The notes: generated by a model from the sequence alone, not told the origin. A DNA stretch of 64,000 bases from Pelomyxa schiedti (GCA_020536535.1 JAHLWZ010000187.1:1-64000), one strand, 5' to 3'. Numbered from the stretch's first letter, positions 1 through 12,801 are shown. Program-made: numbers and translations.

Positions 1-8
1 AATTTATA

Positions 9-398
9 TTGTTGAAGGCCCGGGCCATTCTGGATGTCTACACAGCCTGGTTTGAAAATTGCCCACTTGACCCTTTCAATCTGTACTGCCTTGAAGGCAA
101 CGCCGACATGCCACCTCACCCGCAACAAGCCTCAGCCATTCTGTTTGACCTTGTGGCTGCCTGCCTTGCTAAAGGTGAGCCCTACACCGCCCTCGTGGAC
201 CTACAACCCATGCACATTGTGGTAACTCCCGAGGGCCTCACACTCCCCTCAGACTCACCAACACCCACATGCACACCAACAACAACCTCACAGTGCACAA
301 CTCACCCTGGCAATGCCGTAGTGGCCACATCCTGGCTCAACCAAGCTTCATTCACCCACCACGCTGCCCTATGTCTCTCCAATCACCACCTATGCTAA
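9..398 (+). CDS. Last exon of a nucleoside hydrolase (copy A; gene starts before the window)
   Basis: Nearly identical to the last exon of the complete gene at 56369-57776 (SAILFDLVAACL). Confidence 0.8.
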   Translation: MLKARAILDVYTAWFENCPLDPFNLYCLEGNADMPPHPQQASAILFDLVAACLAKGEPYTALVDLQPMHIVVTPEGLTLPSDSPTPTCTPTTTSQCTTHPGNAVVATSWLNQASFTHHAALCLSNHHLC

Positions 399-785
399 CA
401 CCAAAAAACTTTCTTTTTGTGTATGGTTCCTGTCTTTTTTTGTGATTTTTTCCTGGGCAATTTGTACCCACAATGCAGTCCGAGGACCAGAAACTAATCA
501 AAACAGCAGGAGCTGTGGGCAACACATTCGGCTGGGAGGCATTTTTGGCACTGATTTTGGCGTGGGTCGCTTCGCTGGTTGACCTTCTTCCGGCGAGTTG
601 AATCGTGCTAGCGTCAGTCCCAAACTGTTTTTTTCTTTGTTAAATACAATAAGCAACAGACAGGAATGTCTCTTTCCAGAATTCTCCGTAGCCGCGGTTT
701 ATTCTCCCAACTAACGGCCACCGACAACCATTAGCAAACCCCATTGGTTTCAGGCCTGAAACCATCATCGCCAACACAAGGAAGA

Positions 786-988
786 ATGGCAGCCAGCGGC
801 GGTGACAGCGACGCGATGTCGTCTATCGAGGCAGCAAGGAGGGCGGTGGGCGAAGCAGACGCTGTGCTGATAGCGGCGGGAGCAGGGCTAAGTGCCGCGG
901 CGGACAACGATTACTGGGACAAAAGGGCGTTCGCTGAGAGGTTTCCGGGAATGCTTCAGTTGAGTTTTGGTTTTGTATTTTTGTTTGG
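786..988 (+). CDS. First exon and start of first intron of a class M sirtuin (copy A; cut by the gap)
   Basis: ADAVLIAAGAGLSAAA Rossmann motif, matching 58117 onward; sequence runs into the Ns. Confidence 0.75.
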
Positions 989-1088
989 NNNNNNNNNNNN
1001 NNNNNNNNNNNNNNNNNNNNNNNNNNNNNNNNNNNNNNNNNNNNNNNNNNNNNNNNNNNNNNNNNNNNNNNNNNNNNNNNNNNNNNNN
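989..1088. other. Scaffold gap (100 N)
   Basis: Run of exactly 100 N, probably a placeholder of unknown true size. Confidence 0.99.
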
Positions 1089-4000
1089 TTTTCAAGTTTC
1101 TCCTCCTGAAAGGGCTCCGCCATTGGTATGCTTATTTATTTATTAATGTAATTTACTTTAATTTAAACACCTCAGTCAGTATTTTTTTTGTTTCTCACTT
1201 TGTCTCCTGCTATTTAAGTTTGTTTTATTTCGTTTTCGTTTTTGTTTAGTTTGGTTTTGTTTTTTATTCTTGTTCCCACATCAACACAGGTCCTTGAAGA
1301 TAATGATGCAGGGGCGCTGGTGCTCTGGTAGGTTTCCATTTATCTTCTCTGTTTTTCTTTTTCGACTTCTCACATTTGATAACCAGGTGGTGTTTTAGAT
1401 ATTAGTTGAGAGGCAGACAGGAGCAGGGAGACCTGAAGGCATAAGTGGGCACGCACCCAGAAGAATGTGTGTGCAGCTCAGCTCCATTCCAGCGGTATTC
1501 CTCTTCTTTGAGTTACCCAATATACTCACCTCCAATCTCTAGATCCTTTCCCGCACTCAGCCTGTATGCAGTGGGAGTGCTGGCATCGGAGCCCTTTGAC
1601 TTCCAGCAGCTTGGCCGCTGGTATGTTTCTTCTTTTCCTCGTTTCACCTTGTCCTACTTGTACCATGGTAAATCCCCCTCTCCCTTTTCATCATCACCCC
1701 ACTGAAACATAATAGGTACCCTGGACTGACGCCGCCCAGGAGAATGGTGTGCAGCTCTGCTCCGCGTTCCTCAGGTTTTCACTTTCAGTGTCCCCCCAGT
1801 ATGGCCTCACCTCCACTCCCAGGTTTTTTTTTTCCCGCATTCAAACGTCTTCGATGCATTTCCAGCACCTTCCTCACTTGGCCCCTACATGCCAGAGTCC
1901 ACTTCTCCCCTGATGTGCCCTGGCCTGAAGTCGATTTTCGACTTCAGGCAAAAAAAAAAAAAAAAAAGCGTCATTAAAGTGCTAAACTCCCCTTCTCCAA
2001 ATTGGTATTGTTTTTTTCCCACTTTAGAGCAGGATTGGAGTGTGAGATTTGGGGGGCATGGTGTGGGGAAGTAGAGTGAGAATGTGGGTGGGTGAGTGGA
2101 AGTCTGGCCTGGTGTGATGCTCATTCCAGCAGTGGAGGTAACTGTTATTGCTGAGTTGGGTGATTATAAAAAGGGAGACAGTACCTTGGTGACATCCTAT
2201 TCTCAGCCGGAAATCCCACAACCTAAATAAAGTATGTGAGACTGAAGAAAGAAAAAGGAAGCCACACATACCAGTGTGACAAGGTGCGGAAAGGCAGAAA
2301 GGATGTGGAGGAGGAGCCCACATGTTTCCAGGACCTGGCATGCACTGTCTGTATCTAATAGCCCTGAGTGTGGTATGCCGACACAAAGGGACAGGAACGT
2401 TGACCTCAGCTGTCATCTCAGTAAGTCCATCATCTAGTACACAAGGTGAAACTGGGAAAAAGAAGAAATAAGAAATATACCAGTGGCCACTGGAAATGAA
2501 TGTGGTCCTCTGGATTAGGTCATCTAAAGGGAAGATGAGCGGCATGAAGTAGAGAGTGATTGGATAACTGTGGGCTCAATTGTCAGCTCTGCTCCCTGTT
2601 CCTGTCTGTGTCTGCAATGTCCCCAGCACCAGCTGGTTTTCAAATGTAAGAACGCGAAAAAGAAAAACAGAGAAGGTACATGCAGTTCCAGCTTGGTCCA
2701 TAGAAGTCCCACAGCCAACAGTGTCATGTCACCAACTCTCTGTTTTGAGGTGAGCATGCCTGAGAACATGCACCGTATATAAACACCATCACGTTGTACT
2801 TCCGCAACACCCACACACATTGGCACGATGCGTCACCAGCATGGTGTCACCAACACACCCGTTATTTTTCTTTGTTTTTCTGTTTTCTCTCCCCAAGTTC
2901 CAACCGCAAAATCGCGAACCCCGCCAAGTGTAAAGAGCCCCCCAAACTCCGATTTTTTGATGGTGGTATCTTCAAAAAACGCCTCATCAACCTGTCATTT
3001 TGAACGCTCAATTCTCCGGTCATTTGCACACCGGTGTAGTGGTTGTTGGTTTGATTTTTTTTTTTGCGTCAATAGAAAATCAACAATCCGCCAGAGATGT
3101 GCAGCGGCGTATTCGAGTGTGCATCGTGTGTGGGAAAAAAAAAAACCCACCGTTTGTTGCGGCTATCGTTCAATACCCCCTCATAGAAGCTTCGTGACTT
3201 ATGACGGTCCCTCGTGCAAAGGTAATTTTGGTATTCGGCTTCTAACGACGACAGCATGTGACTTTTTTGTTTTTTTTTTGTTTATTGAGATCTCCATATG
3301 ATAACTCATATTATGGTGCAAAAACCAAAAATGACCCTCTTTGAGGATCGCCTCCTTTAATAAAATAACCAAGCAAAAGGACACAATGGCGAAAGGTAGA
3401 CCACCACCAATTACAACTCTGAGAGAACCAAGAGATAGGAAGGCAGGGCATTCCAGTGTCTGTGCACTTGCAAGCAGTGTTGAAGGCTTTCCCATTAGGA
3501 TCGATTTCTAATTGAGCGGTTCCCCATCCACTCCAAAACCCTGAGAACTACTTTTACATCCCCTGATTCTACAGCACTTGCAAGAGTACTATCTAGATTC
3601 CCCTTGGTGATGTAGTATTGAGAATCGTGGCTATCTTGTAATCATAGTAAAAAACGATGACAAGAGAGGTCTCCTAGTGAAAGAAGCTTCAATTCTATTG
3701 AGTGGGAATAGGTTGAGTTCCATAGTCCAATGGTTGGTGTTCCGTTGTCGAATCAAAGAATGAATCATTCTTCAGAGGCACAAAATGCACAAAGTTTGAA
3801 TGGTGTCGTTCAATCACTAGCTTCTTCCTCCATCATCCTGGAACTCATCCCCCATTCCTCCCCCCATGCTGGTGTGTATGTGACTGGCTCACAGTGTACG
3901 ATCCCAGTCCCAGTTCATCCCCATCCCCTCCCCCATCCACTTCCCCTTCCCCAGCCAGCTCTGCATTTGCCGGGTAGCGACCCGGCTCCGGAATGTGAAT

Positions 4001-5315
4001 GTGACTGTGAGCGTGACCGTGAGTGTGACATTGACTTGGCTTGCTGATCGCCGGTCATACTCAGCCCGCCGCCAATGAAGTTGTCACCAAAGAGGCCGGG
4101 CTCCCCGCTGCCGGTTGCTTCTAGTAATGTATTCACATTGTCAGAGTCATACTCACTCAGGCCCATGTTGCTGTCACTGGCATCGCTGGTGGCCTTGGTT
4201 GGCTTGTAGTATTTGGCTGTATGACTTGAGGTTGGCTGGTAGGTCTCTGCGTTTCCGATGCAGACTAGAAGACTCCTTGTTGCTGAAGTTCACAGCTATC
4301 TGCAGGCTTGAGCCCACACACTACCAATAGAGCTATGCGCATCAGTCAGGCCGGGATTGGCTCTCCCGGACTGTAAAGATGGTTTTCCTAGTCTGGCGGT
4401 GGCACTGCGCTGGTGTGACTGCCTACTGCTGCCACTGACATTGCCGAGAATGCTTTTCCCAAGCACATAGGGATAGAGTTCTCCTGAGCCTGACATATCG
4501 GGAGGAGGTTTTGCGGTAGTGACTGTTGTTGATAAATTATGTGCACTGCACTACCATGTGCATGATGGGGCCCAGGGCTGCTGATGGATGGCAACACGTT
4601 CCAGGCTGTTTTCGGTGTGTTAGACACGTGTGCATTTGCCGCTTTGGCACTTGAACTGCCTTCAGCACTGGTAACACCAAGCCGGTTCTTGGTATCTTTT
4701 CCGCCAGAGCCCAGTAAATTCATTGCCAGCTTTGCAATATTATCCGAAAATAGTGATAAAGCAATACCCACCTGCTTTGTCAGGTCCAGTTTCAGAACTG
4801 CTTCCTCCTTTGTTTGCATCAATTCGGGGCTCTGTGGACGCTTCCTTGGGAAGGTTGGACAGTTCAGGGGAAGCTTGCGAAACTGTCGTCAAAGTGGGTG
4901 CCAGGGGTGCTTCATCTCTTTGAGGTTGTGGAATGGAGGGTTCTTGTTCTGTTTCCTTTTCCCTTGTACCGATCCAAAATCCAAAAAGGAGAAGTACGGA
5001 GGAAGAAACTGTTGAACTCGCCTCCCGTGTTGTGCCTCGTTACGTAAAATTAATTGGGTATTAGCCGAAGTTCGGTGGCTTGGATTCCGGGTAGGCGATG
5101 CTTGCTTTCGGTTTTTTTTTTGTTTTTGTTTTTTCGTTTTTCTGTATGCGGGCAAGTGGGACTGGGTTGGGTGCATGGGGTTCTTCAGGGTACATTATAT
5201 GCTGCTTGTAGAAAATTGACCTCTGTACACGAGCAATGTGCAGGCAATGGATATATAAGCTGTCAAGCCAAAGCAGGCCCAGTACTCAGTGTTGTGGAAG
5301 TGCAGTGGAGATAGG

Positions 5316-5853
5316 TTAGGAGTTACTGCTAAGCTTTATTTGAGGGGTTTCAGTGGCCGAGCTTGTGGTCTGTGTGGTGTTTGAACGTTCTTTTATTGGT
5401 GGCTGTGACGGCAGTGCGTTTAGTTGTGCTTGGAGTGTCTCTATAGTTGCAGCCTGTTGTGTCACTTTCTTCTTCAGGGCTGCATTTTCGTTTATCAAGC
5501 CTTCCAAGTCGACACCAAGGATCCCACCAATATTGGCTTTCAAAAACCTGGCAGCATTTCAGCTAGTACAAACAACAATGCAACAATGCAACAATGCAAC
5601 AAAAAACAAAATAAAAAAAGAAAAAAAGAAAAGCATACACCAAGGGATCGCCAGGAGGGTTGCCCAATTGGTGCTGGTGCCTCAGCCTCGCCACAACCGT
5701 GGTCAGTAGGTCAACGACACCGCCCCCACAGAGGTACTGCATGAACTGTTCCTCGTCCTCGGCGACATCACCACCACCACCCACTCCGTTCGTTATTTTT
5801 GTTGTCGGTCCCCCGCCATCGAGGCTCGCCACTTTAGTTCCCTCGGCACTCAT
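5316..5853 (-). CDS. c-Myc-binding protein (MYCBP/AMY-1)-like small coiled-coil protein, 2 exons
   Basis: Spliced product EEQFMQYLCGGGVVDLLTTVVARL...PGDPLVFLKANIGG...LINENAALKKKV resembles the MYCBP pattern EEFRxYLxxxGVxDxLTxVL...FLK...ENxxLK. One GT..AG intron. Confidence 0.65.
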
Positions 5854-6065
5854 TCCTTTTGTGTGGGAAAATACAGGACCGATCATGTTCTACTGAAGGC
5901 ATGCACCAACTCGCCCCCTCACAGTGCTAAAATGCCAACCGGTTGCCCAAGGAGAAACACAAGTGCAAGCACCCTAAGGGTTTGTGGTGGAAATGGAAAT
6001 GTAGCAGTCGTGTGTTTCCGAGATTCGACGGAAAGCATCCTCTGTTTTTCAAAAAACTTGGGCCA

Positions 6066-8048
6066 ATGGCGGCACAACCACCAAACAAAGTACCCAAGAC
6101 CAAAAAAACCAGCAACAACAGATGCAACGGTTCCACGGAGCGGAGAACAACATCGTCCTCAGTATCTGCTTCCCGCACCGGCCGCCCCACCGAGCCAATT
6201 GTAGTTCTTGATCATGAAGCACAACAAGACCGGCGTCCATTCTTTACAGGTGAAAAAGTGACTAGGATGCTGTCTCTGCTTGAGGACCTGGACAGGCACA
6301 TGTCGGGCTCGGGTCTTGTGGAAATGAATCCTGTGTCAATCGGAGTTGTGGGAGACACTTCATCAGGGAAAACGACACTAATAAACAGCATTCTCGGAAC
6401 CAACGCCCTTCCGACTCACGTGGATGCCTGCACCGGATTCAATGTGAATGTCCACATAGTGAAGAAAGGAACCCAGAAATCCAAGTATACACTGGAATTC
6501 CCAAAGCCTGATGTTAGGAACCTCTGGGACCCCCTGGGACTGTTTAGCTCCGCGCAAGCTCCTGAAGTTGCGGAACTCGGGCATCCCGCTGAGGTTTGGG
6601 CAAGACTACACAGTGAATTCAAGGGTTATATTGGTCCTGGCCAGGAGCCTGATTTCAGCAGATATTGTAAGCTTATTGTGGAAGACAACAGAGCGCTACA
6701 GTTAGCAATTACTGATACACCAGGATTACGTGCCAGTGAACATGTGGCTGTGACCAACGAAAAATGGGCCCGCTCCATTATGATGCTGAGCAAGAGTAGT
6801 CACCTTATATTGATGGTCACATTAAAGTATAAGCAAGGAGAAATGCACTATGTCACGCAGTCTACTTTTCTAGAGAAGAAACAAAGCGGCTCAATTAGGC
6901 TCGACAACATTACGCTGATTTTTGTTATCACTCACATGGATCTCTATCCATGCAACACAAGTGACCCGACTTTTGAAACGAACCTAGAGCAGTTTACGAG
7001 AATGTACTCACCGAAAGTCATTGCATTGGTGCAGTGCATAGGGAGCGAAGGTACCTATGATAGCGCTGAAGAAATTGCCACGTTGCAACGCGTACCAAGG
7101 GCACTGCAAGAGAAATATCGTCTTTGCATGGGAATGTCCAGCCTCACTGACTACGTGGTAAAGCTGTATTTGAAGATGTGGGGTTATCCCACTCTCTCAC
7201 GTATCTCCACATCACTGGAACAGAAAATTACGGACACCAAGACTCTATTGGCGCGTAAGAAACTGACTATCGTACCCTCCAGGGAAGTTGTCACCGTTGT
7301 GCAAACTAGCAAAGAACAATATCCCCTGCTTCTGCAAATGGCTGAAGATTTACTCCGGCAACAGATATCCGATGTACTTTGCAGTTTCAAGAAACCTATT
7401 CCGGCAGTATTCCAAAGGTGCCCACACAAGCCTGGTGACATGGGTATGTCTGCTGCTGACATCGCCCGCGCCGATGAGGCTTCCGCACGGTCGTTCGTGC
7501 AAGATTTCTATGGGTATCTCTCCCAGAGTGTAGCAACGATTCTGGGTGGCCAACAAAACTTGTATGAAACAACACTCCAGAGCCAGATTGCTTGCTACGG
7601 CGATAATTCCCCCAGGTTCTCTCAAAGTATTCTCGAGTGCTGGAATACCTTCCAAATCCAGAACAGTGGTGCTGCCATTGACGAGATTGTACTTTGGGTG
7701 GAACGCTACAAGTTGATGACAAACTTGAGACCGAATCCTCAAGGCCCATCCTTCACTCTGCCCAATACCTTTGTGCCCTTACACAACAAAAATCCAGTCG
7801 CAGTCAAATCATGCGAGATACTCAGCAGAACCCTGCAACCACTGGTGTGGACAATAATGGGAATCCTCGTGGACAGGATCCATACCAAATTTGAAGTGGC
7901 ACTCCTAAGCCATTTTTCCGGCCAGAATGAACCGCTGTGGAGTGCTTCGCCTGAGGAAATTGCAGTCATTCAGACCACTCTGGAAGAACTCAAACACTCA
8001 CAGAGCAAAGTATGTGACCTTATTGCTGAGTGCAATAAAGGCGATTGA
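6066..8048 (+). CDS. Intronless dynamin-superfamily GTPase (about 660 aa)
   Basis: G1 VVGDTSSGKTT, G2 LPTHVDACTG, G3 ITDTPG, G4 ITHMD, followed by a helical stalk-like region. First in-frame ATG at 6066. Confidence 0.85.
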   Translation: MAAQPPNKVPKTKKTSNNRCNGSTERRTTSSSVSASRTGRPTEPIVVLDHEAQQDRRPFFTGEKVTRMLSLLEDLDRHMSGSGLVEMNPVSIGVVGDTSSGKTTLINSILGTNALPTHVDACTGFNVNVHIVKKGTQKSKYTLEFPKPDVRNLWDPLGLFSSAQAPEVAELGHPAEVWARLHSEFKGYIGPGQEPDFSRYCKLIVEDNRALQLAITDTPGLRASEHVAVTNEKWARSIMMLSKSSHLILMVTLKYKQGEMHYVTQSTFLEKKQSGSIRLDNITLIFVITHMDLYPCNTSDPTFETNLEQFTRMYSPKVIALVQCIGSEGTYDSAEEIATLQRVPRALQEKYRLCMGMSSLTDYVVKLYLKMWGYPTLSRISTSLEQKITDTKTLLARKKLTIVPSREVVTVVQTSKEQYPLLLQMAEDLLRQQISDVLCSFKKPIPAVFQRCPHKPGDMGMSAADIARADEASARSFVQDFYGYLSQSVATILGGQQNLYETTLQSQIACYGDNSPRFSQSILECWNTFQIQNSGAAIDEIVLWVERYKLMTNLRPNPQGPSFTLPNTFVPLHNKNPVAVKSCEILSRTLQPLVWTIMGILVDRIHTKFEVALLSHFSGQNEPLWSASPEEIAVIQTTLEELKHSQSKVCDLIAECNKGD

Positions 8049-8153
8049 TTGGAAAGAATACAACAACCCCTTTGAGATTTCGTATCACATTGACACCTGT
8101 CAAAAACGCCATAATCTTTGATGGCGTGGATCTGGCAAAACAAAAAAAAACAA

Positions 8154-9583
8154 ATGGGTGGTCGTTGGGTCGTTGTGTGCGTGGCTGTGGCTGTCGTGTT
8201 GGTGGGCACTACTACGGGTGGGAAGTACCATAAATTCGACGAGAGCGTTGTGCCGCCTGGCTTTGACTACGAGGCTGTGTGCATTTTTGGAGCCACCTCT
8301 TTCGTGTTGTTTGTTTGTTGTTGGGGTATTTTTGCACGGTGTGCTTCTGGGCACCTTTTTTGATCCCTCTCTTTTTCCCCTTGTTGTAGGCAAAGACTTC
8401 ACATATCTTTTCTCCACAACCTTCTGAGGTGATTTTTCCTAGCCTCCATTTTTTCGATATTTCCTCACATTTGTTCATATGTTGTAGTTTCTTCTACGCA
8501 GCGAAATTCCTACTTCTTTGGGTTTCATCTTTAGCCATTCTTCCCTCACTTCTGATCTAAATTTAGATTGGCGTGATGTTAACGGTATAAATTATTGCTC
8601 CAAAGATCTCAACCAGCATATTCCACAATACTGTGGCAGTTGCTGGGGCCACTCGTCAATGTCTTCTTTAGCGGACCGGTTAAACATTATGAGAAATGGC
8701 AAGTGGCCATCCCTTGTCTTGTCTATTCAGGTTTCTTTTTTCCATATTTCGATATGAGAAATGTAAAAATCACCAGGTCTTACTCAATTGTGGCCCCTTG
8801 GTATGTTCTTCCCACTTTATGAGAAACCTTAGCCTGAACCAGAGTGCTGGGTCTTGCCATGGCGGGACTCCTTTGGGTGCATACTCATGGGTGTACGAAA
8901 ATGGAATTCCAGATGAAACGTGTCTGGTACCTGAAGCTAAAGTTTTTTTAAGGACCTTCACTGACTACTTCCAGACATATGAAGCCAAATCAAATGACTG
9001 TACAGCTGTGAATGTATGTAGAACGTGCGATCCCGACAATGGTTGCTCTGCCATTCAAAATTTCACTCGCTATACAATTAGTGAGTATGGTCACCTTCAT
9101 GGTGTAGATGCTATGCAGGCAGAGATGTATTTTTATTTGTTTCCCTACCAAACAAACATATAAAGCTATGCCCGGGGACCAATTTCCTGTGGTATTTATG
9201 CAAATGAGGCACTGGAAAACTACACTGGAGGTATTTCAACGTATCTGATACCCCAAGACTCATTTGTGTGAAGGAGTTTTGATAGATACCTCAGGCGACA
9301 AAAGAATCAACCACTACATTTCCGTTGCAGGATGGGGAGAAGAAACCAATACGGATGGTAGTGTTACACCCTACTGGCTCTGCAGGTGCTCACCTTTCAC
9401 CAAGTAGCCTTTCTAATACAACAAAAAAAGGAACTCATGGGGGAAATACTGGGGTGAATCTGGTAGCACACCTTCTTCTTATGTATTTACTGACACCCTG
9501 AAGGTTGGTTCAGGATCATTCGTGGTACAAACAACCTCGGTGTTGAAGAAGACTGCAGCTGGGGAGTCCCTGTTACATTCTAA
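8154..9583 (+). CDS. Cathepsin Z/X-like papain-family (C1A) cysteine protease, multi-exon
   Basis: Signal peptide; [10 protein letters not shown]...[12 protein letters not shown] (HIP mini-loop, catalytic Cys); [11 protein letters not shown]; [10 protein letters not shown]; [14 protein letters not shown]. Confidence 0.93.
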
Positions 9584-9628
9584 CCAAAATAAAAGGCTTT
9601 TTCTTTTATCTTAATTTTTCAACACAAC

Positions 9629-9997
9629 ATGGATGCCCTGGAGCACTATTTGGAAGCCCTTGTGAGTAAACCCGAGGCGCTACCTTTTACCGCACCAGTT
9701 GATGCTTTGGCCTTGGGCATTCCTGACTACTTCGCCATTATCGCACACCCTATGGACTTGGGAACGGTGTTGGTGCGGAAAAAAATGCCTGTCACAAGAG
9801 GGTTTGGTTACTTTTTCTCTAAAGGGTTTACATAGAGGAGGATTAGAAAACAAGAATATGCATCGCCAACAGAGTGCGCCAAGGATGTGCGGCTTGTGTT
9901 CAGGAATGCAATGACATACAACACACCCAATAGCGCTGTATACCAGCAGGCCCGGGCTCTGCACAATGACTTTGACACGAAATTCCAGAATCTGTAG
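9629..9997 (+). CDS. Stand-alone single-bromodomain protein (about 101 aa), intron 9773-9835
   Basis: ALPFTAPVD...[17 protein letters not shown] / [23 protein letters not shown] with the conserved acetyl-lysine-binding Asn; TAG at 9995-9997. Confidence 0.88.
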
Positions 9998-10102
9998 CAG
10001 TGGGAATGGAGCACAGAGGACAAAACCAAAAAAAAAAAAAAATAAAACTAAAAAAAGAAACAAAACTCTACTTACTTCACTTCTGGGTGGCAAAAGAAGA
10101 GG

Positions 10103-12801
10103 TCACAGGCCAGAGGGTGATTCACCATCAGAGGTGGATGATGGGCTGGCTGTTGTGTATGTTGTTGTTGTTGTTGTCCTGTGTGTGGTTATTTTGGGAA
10201 GGTCCTCATAGCCGGGTGTCTTGGCTTCCTGCTTTTCAGTGAAAAACTCCCTGAGCACATCCTCCTATTGTGAAATAATTAACGACATCCCAATTATATG
10301 AAACATCGGAACGAACCTTTGGGATGCTGCTGAGCTGAATTTTACCACTAAAGTCAGCTTTGTACTGCAGTAATGTGGTCATATTGTCGACTTCATGCAA
10401 AAAGTCTATGAGCGTTCTTTTATTTCCTGCTACATCCGTGTCCTTCACTAGTGAGTGATGCACTTCCCCCTACAAGTTTACAATGAGATAACCAAAAATT
10501 TGAAGAGTGAAATGCCTGATAAACGTAAGCCGTAGCATACTTCCCAGCAAATCTGTCACTGAGTCTCACAACAAAAGTTCCGTCTTCATTGTTGGTTAAA
10601 AGTGCTTGGCAGTCCTCCTTGGAAATAAGACCGTATATGTATCCCTTTACCCACATAGGGCACATGTTCTTCTGGTGTCTTATCTTTTCCAGACCAGGAC
10701 CAAACCACTCCCAGAAACGGTCATAGGCCGTTAGGCTGATGGTTTTCGCTTGATCAAACTTGATGGCACTCAGATACTCGAAATCTTTGAGTGTGAGGGG
10801 TCGTGCAGGGAATTCACAATGCTGTCGTGTTGCTGCCTGTTTGGTTCGTTAAAGATAAAGATGATATTGAGAGTTCACACAAGATAATATGTCTGTAGGG
10901 TGTTGGCGAATTTTGACCAGGATATTTCCATCATTTCACCAAAGGCTTCCATTTTTAACAATATTCCTTCAGAATCTCGCCATTGAATGGAATTAGTGGT
11001 AATAATAAAGGGGCGGCTCTGGTTGCTTTCAACAAGTTTAGTTCCTGGTTGCTGCAGTACATTAGCTTGAAAAAAAAATATGAAGGTAGACACCGAGAGG
11101 GCCTGGTTATGGCATTTGAGAGCACCATATTTTATATTTACATGAAGTCTCAAGGTAACTGGTTTCTTATTTGTGCCAATAGGAAAGCGGAGTTGCAAGT
11201 GCACCTTGTGGAATTAAGCTAGCTGAAAGGTAAAGATCCTTCGAGTACCTTTCCTTCGGCATCTAAATCTTCAGATGCATTTTCAATGAAAGGGCCAGAG
11301 GGTTTCCCGTTCTTCTTTGAAGTGCTGTGGTATTGAACAACATCGGCAGTTACTCGACTCATGGACCTATGGTAATTAGAACACGAGAGGAAATGAAGAA
11401 GTGTAGAACCTAATATCCATTTTGGAAGGTAGGAGCAACTGAGCTTCAATAGGGACCATTTGGCCTTTTACAATAGATCGCGGGAAGGGCTGATCCAGTA
11501 TTATCAGACTAGCTGGACTGTGAAGGGTCAGAATTACTTAAATCCTAAAACAGTACCAAGCAACAGAATCAGGCCTAACGTAATGCATTAATTCCAACTG
11601 GAAAAGATCCAATTGTTTAAGGCATTTTTGTAATTGCTGAAAAAAATAAGAACAAACATAGTTTTGGGTACTAATACCAATTCCACTTTTTTCCAATGGA
11701 AAATTTCACAAGGTGCTAGGATTACTTCATCAAAAAGACGTAATATTGTATTATGCTCCTGTACGAGGGCATCATAAAGTTCTTTGTGCTGTCGTGACAA
11801 TGTGTCCAAGTTCTGTGGCTCCACATGAGTGGAACAATTAGAAACATGAAGAGAGATACCAATGCACACTCTGAAGGAGTGAGCTCTAAAATATTCTTTT
11901 GAGTACTTTTAATTTGCTCCAGAGCTGCACTAAATATTTTTACTTTACTTGTAATTGTATTGAGAATCTGTTCAAGATAAATATAGTAAAACAACCAGTT
12001 TAAACTGTTAAACTGTACTTGTTGTAGTGCACTCATTGCGGGCTGGAAAGGAAGAGCTTGTTCAGATGTTGGTGAGGGTGACTGCACTGGTGCAGGCGAT
12101 GGAGGAATTGGCAAAGATGTTGCAGAGGAAGAGCTTGTGTGAAGTGTGTGTGGTGTTGGGGTTGGGGTTGGAGAGGGGTATGACGAGGCTAAACTACGAC
12201 TGCTAGGTGGAGGTGACGGTTGAGTAGCCGAGGCTGGAGGTGTGGCCTATTGCTTTTTCAAAAAGAACAAGAATGTACGTGATAAAATACCTGAACTTGA
12301 GGGCTGGACAGTGCAGACAATAGCATGTTGATTTGTTGGGGTGTCACGTCTTGCTGCTGTGATTGAGCACGTTGTAGTACCTTATGTACAAATAAGATTG
12401 TTCACTAACGAAGGGAAAAAAAAAAAGCCTACCTGTGCCAGTGCCATCATAGCCGTTTGTGAATTATTTGACTGCGGTGGATTAAGTGGAGGAGGAGGTG
12501 GTGGTGGAAGAGATTGAAGTGGCGGTGATAAGTTTGCTTGAAATTGGTTCGGATGAGGTTGTGAAAGTGATTGCATCTGCTGCATTGAGAAAGAAGGCGT
12601 GCTTGGTGTCAAACCCTGCACCATTTGAGCCAATTGCTGCATGGCCAGAAAGTTGGAAACCGTGGGGGATGGAGGTGGTGCTGACGAGATTGTATTATTA
12701 TTTGGCAAAAAAGGTGGCGATTCTCCACTGTTGTCTCTCCTTTGGGAAAAGAAAAAAAATACAATCAACATGTATCGCTAGGAGAAAAACACGCAGTACC
12801 A

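Larger units (their letters stand above)
1..988 (+). repeat. Near-identical second copy of 57373-58318 (end of the nucleoside hydrolase, spacer, start of the sirtuin)
   Basis: ORF 9..398 matches 57381..57776 except D/G, V/I and a 2-Thr indel. The sirtuin start at 786 matches 58117 (MAASGG vs MAALGG). The spacer differs by several indels. Confidence 0.95.
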
